In this document: positions 35,409 to 46,025 of the stretch, piece after piece | Position numbering within the stretch: position 1 is the stretch's first letter | Layout of the letters: each line of letters opens with the position of its first letter | NCBI GenBank assembly: GCA_034226945.1 | Contig: CP120456.1 | Coordinates: forward strand, 744,001 to 808,000 | Length of the DNA stretch: 64,000 nucleotides | From: Picochlorum sp. SENEW3 | Lineage: Eukaryota | Reading direction: 5' to 3' | Translations under genes and position numbers: made by a program | Notes under the pieces: generated by a model | What the model was told of the DNA's origin: nothing | Database searches by the model: none | What the model saw: the letters and a program-made list of their open reading frames with translations, nothing else

Positions 35409-35658
35409 TGAGGTCTGAGGATAACCACCATGAGGAATACATGATGTAAAGACGGACCTACTATTATTGGCATTTACTATGTCTTCTAATCATTAAGAAT
35501 ATCATTTCATGCTTCCATGGGTCATCTATCTGTAGGAGAAGGGTATTCTTGACGTTCTCAGGAACATCGTCGTTGTTGTGACACAACTGTGTCTTTTGAA
35601 GTAAGAGGCTCTACTGCTTTAGGAATAGGTTATTAGTGTTTAGTTTTGTTCTAGAATC

Positions 35659-36271
35659 ATGCTGGATGAACGGCAGAGTACGTGTCAGTTGCTTCCTTTT
35701 GGGGCACAGGTACCTGTGTCTGTTTCTTTTTACTCATAGAGTAGCTACTACTCTATGAGTCTATAGACGCACAATCCATCAATAGTTTACTCACTGGTGA
35801 CCACTATGCAGAAATAGGAGTGGCCTTGACTGGCTTAGGGGCTCTGTTTTTATTCCTAGGAATGGTGTTTTTGTTTGATAGGGGACTGCTGGCAATGGGT
35901 AATGTGTGTTCATCTGTTGATACGGACAAGACATTGCAAGTGCTTACCGCAAATGTTTGTTGTAGGTTTTATTTGTTACCGGCGTCATTGTGATTTTAGG
36001 GCTTCAATCAGCCATTCGATTCTTCTTCAAGCCAAAGAATTACAAAGGCACTGGCTTCTTCCTGCTGGGGGTGGGCCTGGTTGTCTGGGGATGGACGCTT
36101 GTTGGCTTTGCGATTGAGACGTACGGGTTCTGGCATCTCTTCAGTGCATTTGTTCCAACAGTTTTGGCCGCATTGAGGAGAGTACCTGTGCTGAAGCAGA
36201 TATTAGATTTGCCCACGTTCAAGAGCATATTGAATAAGATTGCTCCTGCTGGCAGTGGCCTTCCTGTGTGA
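35659..36271 (+). CDS. GOT1: Vesicle transport protein GOT1
   Basis: Three exons give MLDERQK|IGVALTGLG..FDRGLLAMGN|VLFVTGV..FFFKPKNYKGT..ETYGFWHLFSAF. Confidence 0.88.
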
Positions 36272-36367
36272 TTGATACTTTCATCATGGATGTTTATATA
36301 TATACTGTGACTGTATTACACTAAATGTAAATAGCAGAAGAGAAGAGAAAATTTATATGCTTAAAAT

Positions 36368-39300
36368 TTACTGAATATTAAAGGAGAAGTTCGGCTGTCC
36401 CAAAGAATCGCCTTGATGGCCAGAATCATGTGTTCTGGGATATTTCTTCCGCTTCCTTTGGTTTTCTTGGTCTCTGACTCGCGTCAGTTCGTCGAAACTT
36501 TTCTCATAGGCATCGATGAGGGCCTCGTTTCGTGTAGAGCCTTGTCCGAAACCTAATGTCCGCTTGCCAAATCGAACGCGTTCGCTAATAGCTTCCCCTT
36601 GTATTCTAGCCTCAAAGTGCCCCTTGCTAAAATATGGGGAGCCTGGAAGTAATTTTACACCCATCCCTCGCGCTGTATTCCCACATTTCCGTCTAATTTC
36701 GTCTAAAGATTCTCTGCATTGTACAACATAACTGTTCGTCCAAGTTCTAGGGCTTTGTTCTCCCTCAGAGTCTAAAGGTTGGCGTATCGTTCGTTTCCTG
36801 CTGGTTTCTCTCAGTTTTTCCTGGTGTCTACGGCCTCTATCATGCTTGTCTAGATAGTATTTTCCAGATGGAAAGGAGTTCTTGCATAAATGACATCGAA
36901 TTCTTCCGTCAACTTCAGAATAGATTTCATTGTCCAAGCGTGAGCCTGATCCCCAAGGTGAGCCACCACGACCCTTCTCGTCAGAATATCGAGCTCTTTT
37001 GCTTGGGGTTGTATTTCTCTCGATTTCACGCTTCATTGGGCGCGGTTTCTCCTCCGTCTTCTTCATGGGTCCCATGGAATGCTTGGGTTCTTCTTTGCTG
37101 CTCCGAGAAGTAGTCTCACGCTTGGTGGGAGTGCCGGACTGCTTCTTGTCATCCCTCGTCCCTGATGGGCGCGTTGCGGCTGCTTCTTTCTTGGCCTGCT
37201 CCGCCGGCTTTTTCTCCACTTGGCGCGTCATCGGGCGTGGTTTCTCCTCCTCTTCCTTCTTCTGGGACCCTGTGGCGTGCTTAGGTTCTTCTTTGCTGCT
37301 CCGAGAAGTAGTCTCACGCTTGGTGGGAGTGCCGGATTGCTTCTTGTCATCCCTCGTCCCTGATGGGCGCGTTGCGGCAGCTTCTTTCTTGGCCTGCTCC
37401 GCCGGCTTTTTCTCCACTTGGCGCGTCATCGGGCGTGGTTTCTCCTCCTCTTCCTTCTTCTTGGACCCTGTGGCATGCTTGGGTTCTTCTTTGCTGCTCT
37501 GAGAAGTAGTCTCACGCTTGGTGGGAGTGCCGGATTGCTTCTTGTCATCCCTCGTCCCTGATGGGCGCGTTGCGGCAGCTTCTTTCTTGGCCTGCTCCGC
37601 CGGCTTTTTCTCCACTTGGCGCGTCATCGGGCGTGGTTTCTCCTCCTCTTCCTTCTTCTTGGACCCTGTGGCATGCTTGGGTTCTTCTTTGCTGCTCTGA
37701 GAAGTAGTCTCGCGCTTGGTGGGAGTGCCGGACTGCTTCTTGTCATCCTTCGTCCCTGATGGGCGCTGTGCAGCTTCTTTCTTGGCCTGCTCCGCCCGCT
37801 TTTTCTGCACCTCAAACTGCATAGATTCATCATGATTAGTATCACTCTCGTTATGCTCCTGACTTGTCGGAGCAGGTTCTGGCCGCATATCCCATTTGCT
37901 TTTCCTTCCCACTTGCACATTGTCAGGCATTTCAAGCCCTGCTTCAACATCATCCAAAGGAGCTTTCACAGGGCCTTGCGAATCACCTACTGCCCTTTTC
38001 AGCGCTGCCATATTTTCTAAATATTTCAAACCAGACTCCGAAGCACCAGCGACAGCTGTCATAGCATCAACGCCAGAACACATGCCAATCAGCAAACCCT
38101 TCTTCTCACTCTCTGTACTGGCACGCGGGTCCACAATCGAAATTGTCGCCGTATTTATTCCATCCAGCCACTCGCACTTTGAAGATATTATATATCCCAT
38201 GGTGCTTGCTAACTCATTCATCCGTTCATGTGTGCTTTTATTCACTTGTGAATGAGAATTTAAGGAGCCACCTTGGGTACATGTTTCGCGTGACATGACA
38301 TCAGAGGCTGCCTGACCAATCTCCTCAATAGATCTATCTTCTTTTTGAAGAGCAACTATTGTCATGTTTGGATCTGTATCGTCCATTTGAGGCACGTCCG
38401 CCATTTCAGGTTCATGAAATATATCTGTAGATGGATTGAAAACTTGCTGTTTTGCATTGCTTTCCAGGTCTGCCTTCTCATGTTTTATGGGGACATGTCT
38501 CCTACGAGGGTCACTGGGTGTTTTGATCTCCGACGCAATCCCTGGCAACATACATGGTTGAATTCTCTCAAAGGTTTCCTGATCGGTTTTGGTGTCCAAA
38601 ATCTGTGCAAGTATGTCTGACATTGTTGGGATGCTCCCTAGATTTGCAAAGTACTCTTCCTCCAAACAGTCCACATCAAATTCTTTATATGGATGCGAAT
38701 CCCCGAACAAAAGAAGACCCTGTCTTTTCAAAAACGAGAAGAACTGATTTCGTGCCTCGAGTATGACGTCTACAAAGTGCTCCATCTGGTCTTTCATTCT
38801 TGCCGAGTCTGAATGATCTGGGCTGTACGGATCATACACATCACTCTTGAGAATCTGCTTATGATAGAGCCTATCCCATACATCTGTCCGATCATCTAGT
38901 ATAATCGCTAAATTCATTGGGTTCACCAAAGGATTGGGATTCAGACACCGCAGGGACTTTGCTAGATTCTTTTTATCCATGCCAGCCACGATCCTCTCTG
39001 ACCTCTCAGTCTCTGGAATCAATACAGATTCAAAATCTAAAGCCCTCCAAACCTCATGTGCATAATTCTTTTCTGCAGTTGTAGCTATAAATACTTCCAC
39101 GGCCAATCGAGGCTCGTCTTCTCCGCTTAGTGTGGCACGTGCCAGTTTGTCATATGCATCCCTCCAGCCTGGCCTTGTCCGAGCAAGAACAGTCGTCTGT
39201 TTCTGATCCGCTAATATTTTTGTCAGAAACATATTCTCTGTTAGAGGGTATTTCTTATGCGTATCTTCAGGAACGAACTGAAGATCAATCACTGGACGAA

Positions 39301-40057
39301 TAATATCACGAAATGTATTCCCATCATGTGATGAATACATCCCATGCACATTCCGTGCCTTGTATGTCACATTCCCAACCACCATATCTTCAGTTTCTGC
39401 AAAACGTTTGATCCACAGCCTATCTTTATATAGCAAATTATCGCAGTCCTTTTCTATCTTGCTCAACCGAGCACGTTTCTGAGCATTCGTTGCATTTGAT
39501 GACTCATACTTCTTCTCTAGTTGATTGATTGTATGAGCCTTCACGAGCGTCTCATCTAGATCCAAAATCAGAGGAATACGCTCTTTACGAATCACACGGG
39601 ACAACAGAAAATGCCCGCACTTCATCGATGTTGCATACACACCAAACACCCCAACACTCTCTCCTCTGCTGTGCCCAATAATAGGTGCCAACAAGAACTC
39701 ACACCGCCTCCCACCTGGCAGCTGCTCAAGAACAACAAGTGCCTTGTTATCATTCTTGCAAGTAGAAAACTCGGCCTCCATCGCCTTCTTCTCTTGTGCA
39801 CTGGCTGCCTTATCATCCAGTACCAAGAACCCAAGAGGCCCACCTGTGAGCAGATGGCACACCAACGTGACAGGGTACACGAACGGATACGCTTTCATCC
39901 CACTCCTATCTGCACACGTCCATCGACCCACCACCTGGACCTTATGTCCCTCCTCGATAGGCTGCTTCCACTTCCACCACCCACATACGTGACCAAAGAC
40001 TGGCACTGGGTTCCCGGTGCCAAAATCCAGCCGCAGACTCACTATTTTACTACTCAT
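36368..40057 (-). CDS. RNA polymerase II CTD phosphatase-like (CPL1/2-type) with dsRBD-like regions, tandem-repeat insert and C2H2 finger
   Basis: LILDLDETLV HAD DxDxT motif, RPGW, YAHEVWRALD, IILDDRTDVW; CHLC..H..H finger; C-terminal G.G.T..EA..A dsRBD-like end. Confidence 0.8.
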   Translation of the reverse strand: MSSKIVSLRLDFGTGNPVPVFGHVCGWWKWKQPIEEGHKVQVVGRWTCADRSGMKAYPFVYPVTLVCHLLTGGPLGFLVLDDKAASAQEKKAMEAEFSTCKNDNKALVVLEQLPGGRRCEFLLAPIIGHSRGESVGVFGVYATSMKCGHFLLSRVIRKERIPLILDLDETLVKAHTINQLEKKYESSNATNAQKRARLSKIEKDCDNLLYKDRLWIKRFAETEDMVVGNVTYKARNVHGMYSSHDGNTFRDIIRPVIDLQFVPEDTHKKYPLTENMFLTKILADQKQTTVLARTRPGWRDAYDKLARATLSGEDEPRLAVEVFIATTAEKNYAHEVWRALDFESVLIPETERSERIVAGMDKKNLAKSLRCLNPNPLVNPMNLAIILDDRTDVWDRLYHKQILKSDVYDPYSPDHSDSARMKDQMEHFVDVILEARNQFFSFLKRQGLLLFGDSHPYKEFDVDCLEEEYFANLGSIPTMSDILAQILDTKTDQETFERIQPCMLPGIASEIKTPSDPRRRHVPIKHEKADLESNAKQQVFNPSTDIFHEPEMADVPQMDDTDPNMTIVALQKEDRSIEEIGQAASDVMSRETCTQGGSLNSHSQVNKSTHERMNELASTMGYIISSKCEWLDGINTATISIVDPRASTESEKKGLLIGMCSGVDAMTAVAGASESGLKYLENMAALKRAVGDSQGPVKAPLDDVEAGLEMPDNVQVGRKSKWDMRPEPAPTSQEHNESDTNHDESMQFEVQKKRAEQAKKEAAQRPSGTKDDKKQSGTPTKRETTSQSSKEEPKHATGSKKKEEEEKPRPMTRQVEKKPAEQAKKEAAATRPSGTRDDKKQSGTPTKRETTSQSSKEEPKHATGSKKKEEEEKPRPMTRQVEKKPAEQAKKEAAATRPSGTRDDKKQSGTPTKRETTSRSSKEEPKHATGSQKKEEEEKPRPMTRQVEKKPAEQAKKEAAATRPSGTRDDKKQSGTPTKRETTSRSSKEEPKHSMGPMKKTEEKPRPMKREIERNTTPSKRARYSDEKGRGGSPWGSGSRLDNEIYSEVDGRIRCHLCKNSFPSGKYYLDKHDRGRRHQEKLRETSRKRTIRQPLDSEGEQSPRTWTNSYVVQCRESLDEIRRKCGNTARGMGVKLLPGSPYFSKGHFEARIQGEAISERVRFGKRTLGFGQGSTRNEALIDAYEKSFDELTRVRDQENQRKRKKYPRTHDSGHQGDSLGQPNFSFNIQ
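37034..37804 (-). repeat. Coding tandem repeat, about 4 x 198 bp (66 aa)
   Basis: Unit KKPAEQAKKEAAATRPSG...KPRPMTRQVE; the same 16-mer occurs at 37320 and 37518 (198-nt period). Confidence 0.95.
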
Positions 40058-41077
40058 GAACTCGAAGCGTATAAATAACTACGGATTGCTATTCGCCGAG
40101 TACTAATCTATTCATTCCGTGCCAACGACAGTGGCCATTCTCAAAATTATACACAAATCTGCTTGGGCACCTGTGCTGCATGCCGTATCCTAGAAATCCT
40201 CTCTGGAGTATTTAAAATATGTATGAATAGGTTTCAGAGATAGAAGGCGATCTTGCACTCTGTTCATGCAAGACTGCGTTCAACGTTGACGACGGTGGGA
40301 ACGAGGGAAAAAGAAAAATTACTTGATCCTTGTACGCATAGATGCACACTATGTCACCTATGCCCCCACCATATACATATTTTTGTTGTGAATGAATCGT
40401 TTCGGGCGAGACATATGAGGAATATCCTCTACAGCGATAGATGGCCTACAGGAGGAAATCTCTAAATAAAATGTTTAAAATAAATGTTAGCAGGAATCTT
40501 TCCCTCTTTCTGACCTTTATGATGTCCCTTGGACAAACTTCTCCATCGTGTCTTTGATTTGATGAAAGCTGATTCATTTGACCATGGTCCATCCATGTGA
40601 CGACTGGTTCAGTTAATGCATAGAGCACCAAGGTTTCTGTACCCATCAATCAACCATCATGATGGTTATTTGGTTGCCATTTTCAGGCAAAAGAGCAATT
40701 CCAAACCCTACCCCTTAGGATATGCTACGAATTCTGATACATTGAGAAATATACTGGGCATAGTGTGGTTGAATAAAACGTAACAACATTATAATAATGC
40801 GAGCAAATCATTGTTAGGTCATGTATGATTGTATGTTTATAAGACACTTGTGTGTTTCCAGCCCCACATGGGGTCATCAGAGATAACGTTTCATTCAAAA
40901 TGATTTTGTTGCTCATACGGAAATATGAACGAATGAACAGTATGTTGATCTTTTTCTCTTTTTATATTTACTGTCGCCACATGTTTGATACCAGGGTCCG
41001 CACTCTTCAGCAATCAGTTCATAGTAATGTAAAACTGGCGACTTAACATTATTTTACATCTCAGACGTTTCAGTTGC

Positions 41078-42424
41078 TCATCTGCAGGCAGTTTTCCCTC
41101 CATCTATCGCACCACTCGTAGCTGCTCCAGCGATATCTGCGGCATCGTCACCGTTTTTGGCAGCGTCTACGCCTTCAACAATACCGCTAGCGATGACTCC
41201 AGCAGCACATTTGTCCACTTCACCACCTAAATCGGCATCTCCAGATGCACTTTTAGATTCATCCTTCGCGCCATCGGTGACAGCATCAGTGACAAAATCA
41301 GAAAGCTTCCCTCCCCCACCACTACTGCTATCATCGCTGTCATCATCATCATCGTTGCTGTCATCATCATCGTTGCTGTCATCATCGTCACTGCTGTCAT
41401 CGTCATTGCTGCTGTCACCGTCACTGCTGCCATCAGAAGTATCGCTAGATGTATCTGCCACCGTCTCTGCCTCTGAATCTGTCGCTGCATCTGTTGCCGT
41501 ATCTGTCGCCGCATCTGTGGCTGCGTCCACAGCTGCATCAGCAGTCGCATCTGCCACCACGTCCGCTACACCAGCAACTATGGCACTATCAATAATAGGT
41601 GTGATCTTGATGAATGCTGTCATTCCTCTTCCGTTCACATCCTTCGAAGAAATGAGCTCCTCGTCAGTCTCAATGGCCAGGCAACGTGACCTGTGATGGT
41701 AATGGGGATCATCCACAGACTGATAGCTGTGGCATTCGGATTCCTTGACATCCATTGTTGCATTTGTTGGGGCCAGTCGCACGTGCATCAAAAAAGACTC
41801 GCCTGCGTCAACGACTGCAAAAATATCCGCGACCAGTGTCTCCCTACTGTCTGTGTCAAACGAAAGCATGGCATTTGCAGGCGACTTGGCCAACCCTTTG
41901 CCTGATGCCAGAGCGTCAAACTCAGCCTTGTATTTCTGAAAGCACCAGTGAGCTTCATCTAATCCAGGCATTGGAAATATCCCATTGTCTGGATCAGCAG
42001 TAGATGAAAGTTTGCTCCACATGTCCAAAAAATCTGAGGAATTGAGAACATCCTCATACACCTGGCCTTCACTCATCACTGTTTTCACGAAAGGCACAGT
42101 GGGGGGCAGGCTGGACTTGGGAATCGTGATTTCCAAGAAACGACCAAAGTCCTGAGCATATGGACTTGGTAGATCGCTCACATTTACCCGAGATGTTGTC
42201 AGGAAGTATGTATTCAGAGCAGTGTTGTGCTCCCCTTCAGGGCACGTCTGGGTAGCCAGCACGGTCGAATCATTCCCATTCGCGCCGTCACCTTTCCAAA
42301 TTCCAGCCCCTATACCGATGCCAATGCCCATTCCGGCTCCCATGGCCAAAAGAAGTCCAATGGCAACAACCAGTTTGTGGTTGCCCCCGACCACGGGGCT
42401 TGTACCTTTACCGCTGCCCTCCAT
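41078..42424 (-). CDS. Hypothetical membrane-anchored protein with Ala/Asp/Thr and Asp/Ser low-complexity tracts
   Basis: 448-aa ORF from ATG 42424; N-terminal TM (LVVAIGLLLAMGAGMGIGIGIGAG); DAAT repeats and DDDSN repeats. Confidence 0.7.
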   Translation of the reverse strand: MEGSGKGTSPVVGGNHKLVVAIGLLLAMGAGMGIGIGIGAGIWKGDGANGNDSTVLATQTCPEGEHNTALNTYFLTTSRVNVSDLPSPYAQDFGRFLEITIPKSSLPPTVPFVKTVMSEGQVYEDVLNSSDFLDMWSKLSSTADPDNGIFPMPGLDEAHWCFQKYKAEFDALASGKGLAKSPANAMLSFDTDSRETLVADIFAVVDAGESFLMHVRLAPTNATMDVKESECHSYQSVDDPHYHHRSRCLAIETDEELISSKDVNGRGMTAFIKITPIIDSAIVAGVADVVADATADAAVDAATDAATDTATDAATDSEAETVADTSSDTSDGSSDGDSSNDDDSSDDDDSNDDDDSNDDDDDSDDSSSGGGGKLSDFVTDAVTDGAKDESKSASGDADLGGEVDKCAAGVIASGIVEGVDAAKNGDDAADIAGAATSGAIDGGKTACR

Positions 42425-42564
42425 CAAGAAACCTGATCTTCGAAAAACATGAATAGCAGTAAATGATATCAACAACAATAAAGAATTGTTCTTGTGTCAA
42501 ACCCTACTACGTATTTGGTGCCTCGGGTTATGATTATGCAATCTAATCCGGCCGCAGCGCCGGC

Positions 42565-42618
42565 CAGACATGTCTGTACAGACTGACATGTCAGGCGAGC
42601 GAATTCGCTTCGAAGCGA
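42565..42618. repeat. Chain of five overlapping or adjacent perfect palindromes (12-14 bp)
   Basis: CAGACATGTCTG, GTCTGTACAGAC, CTGACATGTCAG, AGCGAATTCGCT, TCGCTTCGAAGCGA. Confidence 0.9.
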
Positions 42619-42737
42619 TGCCTGCAAAAGACCTTGGCATTCGCCAAATGGGTCAAACTAGTGCAATAAAAAGTCAAGATTTTCAAAGAAAAAAAAATAG
42701 TATTTACTTCTTCACGTGATTATACTTGGTGAATATA

Positions 42738-43109
42738 ATGAGGTGCTTTCTGCTGAGGGTTGTCTTGGTGTTATGCTTCGCTGCAGTCTGCGCGGTGGCA
42801 CAGAACAAGGAGGCGGGGGATATTGGTGGAGAGATCGGAGAAGTTGTTGGGAAAGACGCTGGGGAAGCCATAGGTGGCTACGTCGGAGATCTAGTAAACC
42901 CTGCTGCTGGGGTTGAAGGAGCCAAGATTGGGGGGGAAGTCGGTGGAGAGGTCGGAGAAGTTGTTGGGAAAGATGCGGGCGAAGAAGTCGCAAACGTCGT
43001 CGAAAACGATTTTGAAGCTGGTGCTGCAGCCCCATCAAGCGGTGTGGGGTCCCTCTGGACGTGGATGCAGAGTGTTGCAATTCTAGCATCCCTGGCAATA
43101 GCATATTGA
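42738..43109 (+). CDS. Small secreted, possibly GPI-anchored glycine-zipper protein
   Basis: Signal peptide MRCFLLRVVLVLCFAAVCAVA; duplicated GGEIGEVVGKDAGE motif; hydrophobic C-terminus. Confidence 0.65.
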   Translation: MRCFLLRVVLVLCFAAVCAVAQNKEAGDIGGEIGEVVGKDAGEAIGGYVGDLVNPAAGVEGAKIGGEVGGEVGEVVGKDAGEEVANVVENDFEAGAAAPSSGVGSLWTWMQSVAILASLAIAY

Positions 43110-43711
43110 AGTGTCTACTATCCTCCCAGAGAATGCAATGTGTCACTTATGAAGCGATACCGCATTCAAAAGAACACGTCCTTGCTCCTGATTTCAAGTC
43201 TTCGTATCTATGTCTGTCGCGTGACCCAAACCCATACAGTGTCTTGTGTGTAACCAATGTCGTGAATGCTCAACAACCATTCCACAGGCTCCCAACTGCA
43301 ATGGCACGTCAATGAATTCTGTATGATCTGATTCAAGTCAAAGTACAATCCATATTCTCATGCCTGCGTGTTCATTCCGTTTCAGATCGGGGTTTTGAAT
43401 CTCCATCCTCGATTGGCCATGCATGGACTGGACACTACTCATTGCTATGCAATGGGCCCAGTCAAAGAATCTCCTCAACCGTTGTTCTTGAAATGAATAC
43501 CTCATGTTGGGCCGCGCGTTGGAGTCATACAATAAGAACCACCCTAGCCTTCTGTGTAGCACATTATGCTATATTTATTGCTACATTGTCAAAGAAGAGT
43601 GGAAATCTTGCGTATCATACCGCATAATCCGTGGTTGTAGTCTCGACACGCATCAACGTCGTCAAACCCTTGTCGGAAGGCTTTGGATTCTTTGGATACA
43701 GAATACCAAGG

Positions 43712-45649
43712 ATGTCCACTGGTTTAAATTTATCATCTGTGGTTGGAAAGGAGGGAGGAGATGGGAAACGGAGTGATGACTTGAGACGCCTCGTGAACGA
43801 AGCTCACCCACCCCGAGCGAGCGACCTGGAGGAGCTGCAAGGGTTGCAAAAGACCCAGAAAGAAAGGGATGAGGCAAAGGATGAGAAAAGGCAGGAAAGT
43901 ATTGCGCAGACATTGCGATCAAAGGCAGTGAATGCTGGCCCACGGGTCATTACGAAGGAGCCACGACACTTGTACCTTCCTCAGAGTCCAAGAAGCAGGG
44001 CCAAGGCTGAGGCGGAGCAGACCGATGTGGTGAGGGAAATGTTTCATGATATGAGTGATGTGGGGTTGAAGCCGGTGGTGGTGTATCATAATCTGACTGT
44101 GGCAGAGTATTATGAGCATGCGCTCAAGTATGAGAAGAGTTCTCATATCACTTCCACTGGCGCGTTGGCAACCTTGTCAGGCGCCAAGACTGGACGATCC
44201 CCGAAAGATAAGAGGGTTGTTAAAGATCCGGAATCAATGGATGATATTTGGTGGGGAAAAGGATCTCCAAATTTTGAAATGGATGAACATACATTCAGAC
44301 TGAATAGGGAGCGAGCGGTTGACTATCTCAATATGTTGGACCGAATTTATGTGTTTGATGGATTTGCTGGATGGGATCCAGCCTCTCGATTGAAGATTAG
44401 AGTTGTGAGTGCAAGGCCATATCATGCCTTGTTTATGAATAATATGCTCATCAGGCCATCAGAGGAAGAGCTTGCTGAATTTGGGACACCTGACTTTACG
44501 ATATACAATGCTGGTGCATTCCCAGCCAATAGATACACATCATATATGACGTCTTCGTCATCTATTGATGTATCTTTGGAGCACAAGGAGATGATTATTC
44601 TGGGCACGCAGTACGCTGGTGAGATGAAGAAGGGTGTCTTTTCGTTGATGAATTACTGGCTTCCAAAGAGGGGTATTTTGTCACTTCACTCTGGATGTAA
44701 TGTTGGACAGGGTGGAGATGTGACCATGTTCTTTGGTCTATCTGGAACAGGAAAGACGACGCTCTCTGCTGATCCAAAGAGGCCTTTGATTGGAGATGAT
44801 GAGCATGGGTGGGGTGACACGGGTGTGTTCAACATTGAAGGAGGATGTTATGCAAAGGCGATTGGGCTCAAGAGAGAGAATGAGCCGGAAATTTTTGATG
44901 CGATCAAGTTTGGAACAATTTTGGAGAATGTTGTCTTCGATGATGAGACACGTGTCGTTGACTATGAGAGCAATTCCATTACAGAGAATACGAGAGCGTC
45001 CTATCCTATCGAGTTTATCGACAATGCTCATATCCCATGTGTTGCTGGTCATCCAAAGAACATCATCATGCTCTGCTGTGATGCTTTTGGTGTCCTTCCT
45101 CCAGTCTCGAAACTGACAAAGGAACAGGCCATGTACTACTTTATCAGTGGGTACACAGCAAAGGTTGCTGGCACAGAGATGGGCGTGACCGAGCCAGAAG
45201 CTACGTTCTCAGCATGTTTTGGATCGGCATTTTTGATGTGGCATCCAACCAAGTATGCATCCATGTTGGCAGAAAAGATGGAGAAGCATGGAACAACTGC
45301 ATGGCTCATCAACACAGGATGGACAGGTGGAAGTTATGGAACAGGATACAGGTTTAAATTGCGACACACTCGCGCCATCGTTGATGCTATTCATAATGGC
45401 GAGCTTTTGGAAGCGGAATACGAGTCTATGCCAGTGTTCAACTTGCAGGTACCAAAGGCAGTGACAAATGTTCCCACAGAGGTGCTCATGCCATCAAATT
45501 CTTGGGTGGATAAAGAAGCATACAACAACACTCTTGCAAATTTGGCAGGACTATTCAAGGAAAACTTTGTGACCTATCAAGATGGAGGAGGCCATGTGAC
45601 ACCTGATGAGGCCCATCGAATCCTTGCCGCTGGACCACACATGGCATAA
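43712..45649 (+). CDS. pckA: Phosphoenolpyruvate carboxykinase (ATP)
   Basis: [53 protein letters not shown]. Confidence 0.97.
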   Translation: MSTGLNLSSVVGKEGGDGKRSDDLRRLVNEAHPPRASDLEELQGLQKTQKERDEAKDEKRQESIAQTLRSKAVNAGPRVITKEPRHLYLPQSPRSRAKAEAEQTDVVREMFHDMSDVGLKPVVVYHNLTVAEYYEHALKYEKSSHITSTGALATLSGAKTGRSPKDKRVVKDPESMDDIWWGKGSPNFEMDEHTFRLNRERAVDYLNMLDRIYVFDGFAGWDPASRLKIRVVSARPYHALFMNNMLIRPSEEELAEFGTPDFTIYNAGAFPANRYTSYMTSSSSIDVSLEHKEMIILGTQYAGEMKKGVFSLMNYWLPKRGILSLHSGCNVGQGGDVTMFFGLSGTGKTTLSADPKRPLIGDDEHGWGDTGVFNIEGGCYAKAIGLKRENEPEIFDAIKFGTILENVVFDDETRVVDYESNSITENTRASYPIEFIDNAHIPCVAGHPKNIIMLCCDAFGVLPPVSKLTKEQAMYYFISGYTAKVAGTEMGVTEPEATFSACFGSAFLMWHPTKYASMLAEKMEKHGTTAWLINTGWTGGSYGTGYRFKLRHTRAIVDAIHNGELLEAEYESMPVFNLQVPKAVTNVPTEVLMPSNSWVDKEAYNNTLANLAGLFKENFVTYQDGGGHVTPDEAHRILAAGPHMA

Positions 45650-46025
45650 CCCTCTAGGTTTTTGATGAATTTGTCAACAGACTGTTGGGGACAACAGAGT
45701 CACATAGTAGCACTCTTGATGATGCCCTCATCACTCGTATCAGAGTATCCACTTCATTATGTGTAATACAAAGAAACAACAATGCATGGAATGGCCCCAA
45801 TGTATATTGGGCATCAAGTTTCATTTTATTCATGCTTTGTGGCCAACAAGAGGAATATCTGCGTATTTCTAATGAATAAAATAGTCATATAATGTTGTTC
45901 TAAAGAAGTATATGGCGTCAGAGTGGCCATGGTACGAGAATAGACAGGTTAGAGAAGAAACTCTCTCTCAATCGATCAGGCGTTTATGAAGTACACATTC
46001 ATTGTTTAATACATGAGAAATTAAA

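Larger units (their letters stand above)
29825..35412. mobile_element. Mutator-like DNA transposon (MULE) carrying a transposase and a Ulp1-like protease gene
   Basis: ~147-bp imperfect inverted repeats at 29833-29979 and 35262-35408; direct repeat GTCTGAGG at 29817-29824 and 35413-35420; MULE DDE motifs inside. Confidence 0.9.

Noticed and set aside
29825..35412. Classification as Zisupton/KDZ
   Set aside because: Catalytic motifs (LDTVHG, MIDKS, CIFH, TNNLIES) are Mutator-type; no KDZ CxC or SAP domain recognised.
37034..37804. CRISPR-like array
   Set aside because: In-frame 198-bp coding repeat with no spacers, no cas genes, and a eukaryotic context.
40058..41077. Longest intergenic stretch with small ORFs and an AAACCCTA telo-box-like word (~40703)
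   Set aside because: No coherent coding or RNA-gene signal; a single 8-mer is insufficient.
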